Below, in pieces: positions 15,868 to 21,910 of a stretch of DNA of 24,000 nucleotides. Under the pieces are notes generated by a model, which saw only the letters and a list, made by a program, of their open reading frames with translations, was not told the DNA's origin and ran no database searches. The stretch lies in the NCBI GenBank assembly GCA_011389815.1, contig JAABTP010000001.1, positions 1,003 to 25,002 of the forward strand, written 5' to 3'. The position numbers were made by a program, and so were the translations under genes. Positions within the stretch are counted from its first letter, which is position 1; the number at the start of each line of letters is the position of its first letter. Source of the stretch: Desulfobulbaceae bacterium (GTDB lineage Bacteria; Desulfobacterota; Desulfobulbia; Desulfobulbales; Desulfobulbaceae).

Positions 15868-16947
15868 ATGCGTGATGTGATCAACAATAAGCTCAATAAT
15901 GCACAGCAGGTGCAAGCTGGGCTTGACGCTCTTCAAGAGCCATTCCAGGATCAGGGTTTTTCCCCTTTTGTCCAGACACAATGTCCGGCCATGGAAAAGG
16001 TGTTTGCAGATGTCCGGGCCGTGGCCTTGACAAAGAGCACTGTGCTGCTCACTGGCGAAACCGGAACCGGCAAGGGTGTGTTGGCCCGCCTGCTCCATAA
16101 TTACAGCAACCGGCGTGATGAGCCTTTTATCCAGGTGCATTGCGGGGCAATTCCTGATACCCTGCTGGAAAGCGAGCTCTTTGGGCACGAGAAAGGGGCC
16201 TTTACCGGTGCAATCAAAAGGAAACAGGGCCGATTCGAGATGGCGAATAATGGCACGGTGTTTCTTGATGAGATCGGCACCATCACTCCGGCAGCCCAGA
16301 TTAAACTGCTCCAGGTTCTTCAGGATGGTGTCTTGCAACGGATAGGCAGTGAACAGGAAACCAGTGTGAATGTCCGGGTTGTTGCGGCAACCAATGAGAA
16401 TCTGAAACAGCTCTGTGAGGAAAAGGCCTTTCGAAGCGATCTCTATTACCGGCTCAATGTCTTTCCCATTGAACTGCCCCCGCTACGAGAACGCACCCAG
16501 GATATTCCTGGTCTGACCACAGGCTTTATCCAACGATTCAACCGGTTCTATACAAAAAACATTACCGGGATCCACCCCCAGGTTATTGATGCCTTTCGCA
16601 AGTATTCCTGGCCAGGAAATATTCGAGAGCTGGAGAATATTATAGAGCGTGCCTGCATTATTGAGCCTTCTTCTGTGCTCTCGCCAGACAGTTTTCCGGC
16701 AGAGCTCTTTATCAATCAGGATGGTTCCCTGACCCACATTCAGATGGACACTATGTTCTCTTTGGCAGAAGTGCGAAAGCGGGCAATTGAGGAGATTGAG
16801 CGATGTTACCTCAAGCAGGTCTTGACCAGTACCCAGGGGAAGATCAACCGAAGTGCAGAAGCAGCAGGCGTCAGTACCCGGCAGTTGCATAAGTTGATGA
16901 AGAAGTATGGTTTGAAGAGGGAAGAGTTTACAAAACCGTCTTTGTAA
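15868..16947 (+). CDS. Sigma-54-dependent transcriptional activator (bEBP) lacking an N-terminal regulatory domain (PspF/HrpS-like architecture)
   Basis: Walker A GETGTGKG begins about 60 aa from the start. [15 protein letters not shown] (GAFTGA loop), Walker B VFLDEIG, and RVVAATN are present. The C-terminal Fis-type HTH is [26 protein letters not shown]. Confidence 0.9.
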   Translation: MRDVINNKLNNAQQVQAGLDALQEPFQDQGFSPFVQTQCPAMEKVFADVRAVALTKSTVLLTGETGTGKGVLARLLHNYSNRRDEPFIQVHCGAIPDTLLESELFGHEKGAFTGAIKRKQGRFEMANNGTVFLDEIGTITPAAQIKLLQVLQDGVLQRIGSEQETSVNVRVVAATNENLKQLCEEKAFRSDLYYRLNVFPIELPPLRERTQDIPGLTTGFIQRFNRFYTKNITGIHPQVIDAFRKYSWPGNIRELENIIERACIIEPSSVLSPDSFPAELFINQDGSLTHIQMDTMFSLAEVRKRAIEEIERCYLKQVLTSTQGKINRSAEAAGVSTRQLHKLMKKYGLKREEFTKPSL

Positions 16948-17072
16948 ATCTGTGATGAGGATGCCGATATGCATGTATCTGTTGCTACAGCGAGACAGGG
17001 AATCCTGGAGCGTGCTGTTCAGTGTCCTCAGCGCATACAGAGGACGATCACCTTTATTTGGAGCAAAGAGAA

Positions 17073-17792
17073 ATGAACGATCTGAAGTTGTCTGATAATG
17101 GGAGAAATGTGTTTAACTTCCCGGAAGCAATCCCTGGCCAGTTCATTATCACGGACAAGGAGCTTGACCAGAATGTGTATGAGCAGTTCATGACTGAGCT
17201 GGAATGGCTTGATCCTCAGCCGGATTACGCCATGTTGCTTCGTCAAGGCCAAGAGCTGTCCGGTAGGGCGTTGTCTCTTGCTCAAAAAAAGAATATTCTG
17301 GCACAACTCGCCCGCTGGGGTACGGTAGATGCCTATCAGCTTGTGCAGAAGTATTGCAAGTGCTGTGATTCATCCCTCGAACCCTGGAGTCAGGTAGCCC
17401 TGTATGAATGTCGGATGCGGATGGAGTCGGACCTGCTTGATGAGCCTGTGGGCCTGATCTCAACCGGGCTGGGTGGAGATGGTGAGCGGTTGCGCTATAT
17501 CTTTGTCCTTGCCTTGCAAGCGGAGTGTCCGGGAGAGGAAAAGCAGCAGGAGATGCGGGAGGCCTTGGATATGGTCTGCCGAAAGCATCGTTCGCGTGTG
17601 GAAGAGTTGCAATTCCATCCTTCTTATCTTTTCGTGCAGGTGCTTGTGCCGATAGATGTTGCGGCCGGAAAGGTGATTGAAGGCAGTATCGCCCGGTTGA
17701 ATCGGCAGGAGGAGCAGGTAGGACAGAACTACATGGCCACTAACGTTGCTGTGCCGACCGAGGAGGAGATACAGAAGTTTCTGGGTGGTTAG
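17073..17792 (+). CDS. Hypothetical protein (239 aa), no family recognised
   Basis: The ORF looks protein-like in composition. The ATG at 17073 is preceded by GGAG (17060-17063); the track's GTG at 17022 is an alternative start. It lies directly downstream of the bEBP gene on the same strand. Confidence 0.6.
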   Translation: MNDLKLSDNGRNVFNFPEAIPGQFIITDKELDQNVYEQFMTELEWLDPQPDYAMLLRQGQELSGRALSLAQKKNILAQLARWGTVDAYQLVQKYCKCCDSSLEPWSQVALYECRMRMESDLLDEPVGLISTGLGGDGERLRYIFVLALQAECPGEEKQQEMREALDMVCRKHRSRVEELQFHPSYLFVQVLVPIDVAAGKVIEGSIARLNRQEEQVGQNYMATNVAVPTEEEIQKFLGG

Positions 17793-18862
17793 AGCCGAAT
17801 ATCCAGCACATCCACCAGTCGTCCGCTGTAGCTGTTCCTGACTGTCTCCTTTAAGGCGGCATAGTCATTTACCCGGATGCTGAGGCTGCTGACAGCCGAG
17901 TCCGCAAAGCCCGGCAGGGTGCATCCGCCATTCTCACGCACCGGCACGACAGTGCCTGTCCTTCCCTTTTCCTCCATATCCAGCAAACTGAAGAGCAGCA
18001 CCTTCTTGCGGTGGTCAAGGATGACCTGAATGCGGAGCGTCTCGTTCGCTGTCACCGTGCCGCCAATGACCGAGACATAAGGGCTGGCCGCGTTGCCGGT
18101 GAGGATGCCGTGCTCTGGCGGATCAGGCTGATTCAGGCCGCTCAACGTAAGGGGGCTGCGCAGCATCTGTCGGCAGGCGCCGGTACGCAGAGTACCGTGC
18201 GCGCTGTAGCGGGTCGAGACTGAGACCGTGTACTCGTTATTCCACGGCTGGCTCTGGGCAGGGATGTCAGGTATGAGCATGATGCTGCTCTTCTCAATCA
18301 TGCCAAAGCGGCTCTGGACGGCACTGCCGCTCTCGGTGCCCTTGATGAGACACTGGCTGTCGGGCTGCTTGGGGTCAAAGTCCAGATTGCGGCCCCCGAG
18401 CCGGAGCATGCCATCAGGATTCAGGACATTGTCCAGGTCGAGCACCGCATCGCGGGCCGTGCTGATCACTGGTTTCTTTTCGCGCACAGGCAGGCGTTCT
18501 GTGCGGGCGGATTGACGGATAGCCCTGGTAAAGGGCGGTGAGATGCGCACATTGACATTCAGGCATTGATCAATCGGCGGCAGCGGGTCGTTCGGGTGGT
18601 TCAGCCTGCCGCTGAAAGAGACAAACCAGCTCCAGCTCCCCTCCTTGGTCACCTGCTCACCGTTGAGGAGTCGCTCCTGCACGGCCTTGTCCTCGGCCCG
18701 GAGGATGGTCAGGATGTCTGCCTTGCTGAAGTTGGGGTGCTGCAGGGCGATGTCGGCAGCGATATCCTCAATGCCTGCTGAGCTGCGAGGCACGGCAAGG
18801 ATGCGCCAGGACGGGGGAGTGGTCATTGCGTTTACTTCGGGTCGCCATTGGATTGTCTGCAT
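17789..18862 (-). CDS. HU-like DNA-binding domain (HU_2-type) + DUF4469 (Ig-like) protein with an extra C-terminal domain
   Basis: The ATG at 18862 is preceded by AGAGGAGG with a 6-nt spacer. The N-terminus (...SAGIEDIAADIALQHPNFSKADILTILRAEDKAVQERLLNGEQV...SFSGRL) fits the HU-fold fusion family. The middle part (...GMLRLGGRNLDFDP...SIMLIPDIP...NEYTVSVSTRYS) fits the DUF4469 pattern. Assigned from memory of family patterns only. Confidence 0.6.
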   Translation of the reverse strand: MQTIQWRPEVNAMTTPPSWRILAVPRSSAGIEDIAADIALQHPNFSKADILTILRAEDKAVQERLLNGEQVTKEGSWSWFVSFSGRLNHPNDPLPPIDQCLNVNVRISPPFTRAIRQSARTERLPVREKKPVISTARDAVLDLDNVLNPDGMLRLGGRNLDFDPKQPDSQCLIKGTESGSAVQSRFGMIEKSSIMLIPDIPAQSQPWNNEYTVSVSTRYSAHGTLRTGACRQMLRSPLTLSGLNQPDPPEHGILTGNAASPYVSVIGGTVTANETLRIQVILDHRKKVLLFSLLDMEEKGRTGTVVPVRENGGCTLPGFADSAVSSLSIRVNDYAALKETVRNSYSGRLVDVLDIRL

Positions 18863-18920
18863 GAGGGGCCTCCTCTTTGATGTATTTGGTTGAGAGAGTC
18901 GGACGAGTTTATAATGACGT

Positions 18921-18949
18921 ATCGTAAGGCGGGCGGAGGAGGGTGTCAA
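18921..18949 (-). promoter_or_regulatory. Candidate sigma-70 promoter of the HU-like/DUF4469 gene
   Basis: The minus strand reads TTGACA (18949-18944), a 17-nt spacer, then TACGAT (18926-18921). It lies between the tandem-repeat array and the SD/ATG. Confidence 0.35.
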
Positions 18950-18971
18950 CCAGTTTGCAAGGAAGGGTTCC

Positions 18972-19086
18972 ACTATGGTGGAAAGGATGGTTGCACTGTA
19001 GTGGAACTGGGATTTGGACTATAGTGGAAAGAGTAGTTGCACTATGGTGTAAGGAATGGTTGGACTATAGTGGGGATATGTTTCGT
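18972..19086. repeat. Five tandem 23-bp direct repeats (iteron-like), plus a degenerate sixth unit at 18949-18971
   Basis: Units start at 18972, 18995, 19018, 19041 and 19064, an exact 23-bp phase. They read ACTATGGTGGAAAGGATGGTTGC / ACTGTAGTGGAACTGGGATTTGG / ACTATAGTGGAAAGAGTAGTTGC / ACTATGGTGTAAGGAATGGTTGG / ACTATAGTGGGGATATGTTTCGT. The core (C)CACTATAGTGG is itself palindromic. Confidence 0.85.
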
Positions 19087-19112
19087 AAGGACGTTTCGCG
19101 AAATGCCCTTAC
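19085..19112 (-). terminator. Imperfect palindrome directly after the STAND gene stop (possible terminator)
   Basis: GTAAGGACGTTTCG/CGAAATGCCCTTAC has two mismatches in 14-bp arms. There is no U-tract. Confidence 0.35.
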
Positions 19113-19121
19113 CTTGCGCCG

Positions 19122-21077
19122 CTATGCTTCCTTCGCCCCTTGCCGTTTTGCCCGCACCTGTGCCAATCCCTCGCGCCATTCTTCCAATTTGGGATGACCG
19201 ATCTCCTCTTCAATCCGCACGGCCTGGCTGATGTATTCCTCTGCCTTGGCAAGGTCGCCCATGTCTTCGTAGGTGCGACCGAGGTTCCAGCAGCTTTGCG
19301 CCTCCCCGGCCCTGTCTCCCAGCTCGCGTCGGATTGCCAATCCTTGTTTTAAATACTCCAAGGCTGATGACCTATTGCCTTGAGTACGGTAAATTGCGGC
19401 TATGTTGGTTAAGGCTGCACTTTCACCGATTCTATCGCTGCTCTCCATGCTGATAGGCAGGCTTTGTTGTAAATAGGTCAATGCTGTTTCATAGTCGCCT
19501 ATCTTCATATAAACCATAGCCATATTATTTAATGTTGTGCCTTCTCCAACCCTGTCACCTGCCTCTCGCTGCATCATCAGACTTTGCGTGTAACATTGCA
19601 AAGCCTGTTCATAATTGCATTGTATGTCATAAATGAGACCGATATTATTCAGAGTAAGACTTTCGCCCTGTCTGTATCCCCATTCACGATGAATCAGCAA
19701 ACTCTGCTCGTAATATTCCAGTGCTCTTGCATACTCACCGAGCTTCCAGCAAGTTTCACCTAATTCATTGAGACACCAGCTTTCATCTCGCCTCTCTTCT
19801 TTCAACCTTGCCGCATTCAATCTCATGCTTACAATGGTCAGCTTTTCTGTCCAATATCCCTGTCGGTCTAAGTAAATGATAATTGCTCGTACCAAGGCTT
19901 GCACTTCATCCAACAGCCTACTGTTCAGGCAGCTTTCCGTAAGGCGCAGGCAGTGCGCCCTTTCTTTGTCCAGGCAGGCATAGCCCTCCAATCCAGCTTG
20001 GCTTTGTTCCTCGCAGAAATAAATATAATAGGCAGCCAGCCGCTCCAAGCTCTCCTTGCTCAAAGCCAACTCGGTGCGAGAGTAGGTATGAATCAGCGCA
20101 TGGCTTATCTGCCAGCGTTCCTCCTTGCGCTCCATCATGCCATAATTGACCAACTCGTTTAATGCCTTGCGGCCTCGGCGTTCATCGCACTCAAATATGG
20201 CACCAACCGGTTCAGAAGCAATCGGCGCAAAGGCCAAGCAACCTGCCGCGCCCAGCGCAAGTCGGGCATCATCGCTCACCTGAGCTACGCTGCGGCGCAG
20301 CAGCAAGGCTGCATTCTCTTCTTGATGAGAACCGCTACCCAGCTCCTTGAGTGGCTCCCTTTCTATCCAGTGCAGGTAGTCCGCCGCACTCTCGCCCGTG
20401 CTTCTGAGATACCGACCAGCGAGTTGCAAGGCTACTGGCCATCCGCCAAGAATGTTGCAGATACCCTGCACGCTTGCATCATCATCTACCTCCCCGCTAT
20501 ACTTGCGAAATGCCTCTGCTGCCTCTTGCTCATACAGCGGTGTAAGATCAAGCCGGAAACCCAGCGCATCTGATCTTTTCCTACTGGTGATCAATACTCC
20601 GCATGTGCCACCCAGTCTAAGCATGGTTGGTAAGTCGTCTGCTTCCTCCGTACCATCCAAGATAAGCAGCATCTTTCTACCCGCCAAGGCAAGCAGCACA
20701 GCAGTTTCCAAAGTCGGCTCAGGTTCAATATTCAAAGATTGGGCAATATGTTTTAAGGCATGTGCTATTTCTGGCTGATGGTAAAAACTATGGGAGATAA
20801 TGCCATCCGGGAACCTGCTTTCTTCCAATTTATGCACCGCCTGAGCTGCCAATGCACTTTTACCTATGCCGCCCGGTCCGCAGATGGTTATAATCTTGCC
20901 GGGACGCAATGACTCAAAGAGCAGGGCAAGCTCTTCTTCACGACCGACAAAACAGTCATTAGGTAGAGGAAGTTGACATGGGACTTGAGAAGGCTCAGGA
21001 ATGTAGCAAGCAATGGTTCCATCGCCTTGCGCAATATTGACGTCTTTCGTGCCGAAGGAAATGGACTTGTTTATCAT
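19122..21077 (-). CDS. STAND NTPase: NB-ARC (AP-ATPase) domain + C-terminal TPR array, with no recognisable effector domain
   Basis: 651 aa. It has FVGREEELALL, Walker A GPGGIGKSALA, Walker B MLLILDGTEE, VLITSR, and the GxP motif LGGWPVALQLAG. About five kinesin-light-chain-type TPRs are present (...LNNIGLIYDIQCNYEQALQCY..., ...LNNMAMVYMKIGDYETALTYL..., ...LTNIAAIYRTQGNRSSALEYL...). Only about 40 aa precede the ATPase. Confidence 0.9.
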   Translation of the reverse strand: MINKSISFGTKDVNIAQGDGTIACYIPEPSQVPCQLPLPNDCFVGREEELALLFESLRPGKIITICGPGGIGKSALAAQAVHKLEESRFPDGIISHSFYHQPEIAHALKHIAQSLNIEPEPTLETAVLLALAGRKMLLILDGTEEADDLPTMLRLGGTCGVLITSRKRSDALGFRLDLTPLYEQEAAEAFRKYSGEVDDDASVQGICNILGGWPVALQLAGRYLRSTGESAADYLHWIEREPLKELGSGSHQEENAALLLRRSVAQVSDDARLALGAAGCLAFAPIASEPVGAIFECDERRGRKALNELVNYGMMERKEERWQISHALIHTYSRTELALSKESLERLAAYYIYFCEEQSQAGLEGYACLDKERAHCLRLTESCLNSRLLDEVQALVRAIIIYLDRQGYWTEKLTIVSMRLNAARLKEERRDESWCLNELGETCWKLGEYARALEYYEQSLLIHREWGYRQGESLTLNNIGLIYDIQCNYEQALQCYTQSLMMQREAGDRVGEGTTLNNMAMVYMKIGDYETALTYLQQSLPISMESSDRIGESAALTNIAAIYRTQGNRSSALEYLKQGLAIRRELGDRAGEAQSCWNLGRTYEDMGDLAKAEEYISQAVRIEEEIGHPKLEEWREGLAQVRAKRQGAKEA

Positions 21078-21352
21078 ATCTTGATCCTCTTAAACAGTAG
21101 TATTTCAAGCTCAAGATAAGCAGCTTGATCAGCTAGCTCATCAGCGCGAATCTCTCTGAAACACTCTTGCAGTTCCTTTAAGTGTTCAGCAAGCCGCTCT
21201 GCTCTCATGTTTGCTCTTTCCTCTTCTCGAATTGCCCGTGTATAATCTTCTAACGGAACACCCTGATAAACGACACTTCCCCGATCTTTGGCAACAGACT
21301 GAGGCCCCTTGGCGGAAAAATTATCTCCATGAATTTCATCTTGTTCGCCCAT
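21074..21352 (-). CDS. Small protein B (92 aa): N-terminal GDNF...AKD module + charged coiled-coil-like tail
   Basis: Its stop overlaps the STAND gene start (ATGA at 21077-21074). Composition is natural, and the N-terminal 33 aa are homologous to protein A. Confidence 0.65.
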   Translation of the reverse strand: MGEQDEIHGDNFSAKGPQSVAKDRGSVVYQGVPLEDYTRAIREEERANMRAERLAEHLKELQECFREIRADELADQAAYLELEILLFKRIKI

Positions 21353-21372
21353 GCGAGTTCCCTGCCCTTATT

Positions 21373-21765
21373 TCATCCGATCCAGTTCGTCCACTGCTCG
21401 CCGCAATACTTCAAGCCTTGTCCCAGCATATTCCCTACCACCACTGCCGCCTTGATGGTCTTGGAGCTTTCCAGAAGAACAGCAGTTGCATCCCGGAGAC
21501 TCTGCACGATCTTCTTACGATCCGGCGGATTTCGTTGCGCCTGCCGCAGCGCACCGTTGACTTCGTGCTCGACATCCTCCCTGACCTCCTGCGGCACAGG
21601 CAGGTTAGCCAATTTTTGCTTTACTTCATTCAACAGGGTAAGCAGTTCCTCAACAGGCACCTGCTGACCTTCATTGACAGTAAGCGTGGCACTGTCTTTG
21701 GCTATGTATTGCTTGCCGCCGTCCGTCTCGAAGTTATCCCCAAGGATGATTTTGTTGCCGCTCAT
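21373..21765 (-). CDS. Small protein A (130 aa): N-terminal GDNF...AKD module + helical region + short hydrophobic C-terminal segment
   Basis: GGGAGGG lies 5 nt upstream of the ATG at 21765. It lies 20 nt upstream of protein B and is the first gene of the operon, divergent from hrpA. Confidence 0.65.
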   Translation of the reverse strand: MSGNKIILGDNFETDGGKQYIAKDSATLTVNEGQQVPVEELLTLLNEVKQKLANLPVPQEVREDVEHEVNGALRQAQRNPPDRKKIVQSLRDATAVLLESSKTIKAAVVVGNMLGQGLKYCGEQWTNWIG

Positions 21766-21910
21766 ATGTTCCCTCCCAGTATCATGGTATTATCCTGAAC
21801 ATATAGTCTATTATGCGAGAAAGGGCGAGCGAAAAGGGGCTTTGCATCCTCCCCATGAATCGGGTAAAGTGGCAACCAGAAACGTTTCTCAAGAAAAACA
21901 ACCGGACGCA

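Noticed and set aside
15856-16974. Minus-strand ORFs of 160 aa (15856-16338) and 163 aa (16483-16974)
   Set aside because: They are antisense to the sigma-54 activator, whose Walker A/B, GAFTGA and HTH motifs fix the plus frame.
18972-19086. Could the 23-bp repeat array be a CRISPR array or a coding repeat (ORF 18943-19197)?
   Set aside because: The units are contiguous with no spacers and are only 23 bp, so this is not CRISPR. The overlapping 84-aa ORF has Trp/Cys-rich repetitive translation, has no SD, and spans the STAND gene terminator region.
21211-21798. 195-aa plus-strand ORF overlapping small proteins A and B
   Set aside because: It has Leu/Arg/Pro/His-rich composition and no SD. 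The minus-strand ORFs have SDs, operon spacing, an ATGA coupling to the STAND gene and mutual homology.
15580-21910. Sigma-54 (-24/-12) promoters near the activator, the LysW-like gene, the HU-like gene and the STAND operon
   Set aside because: A by-eye scan of the intergenic regions on both strands found TGGC-like fragments (e.g. CTGGCAGGGCC at about 15690 and GTGGCAACCAG at about 21868). None has a correctly spaced TTGC element, so none is reported.
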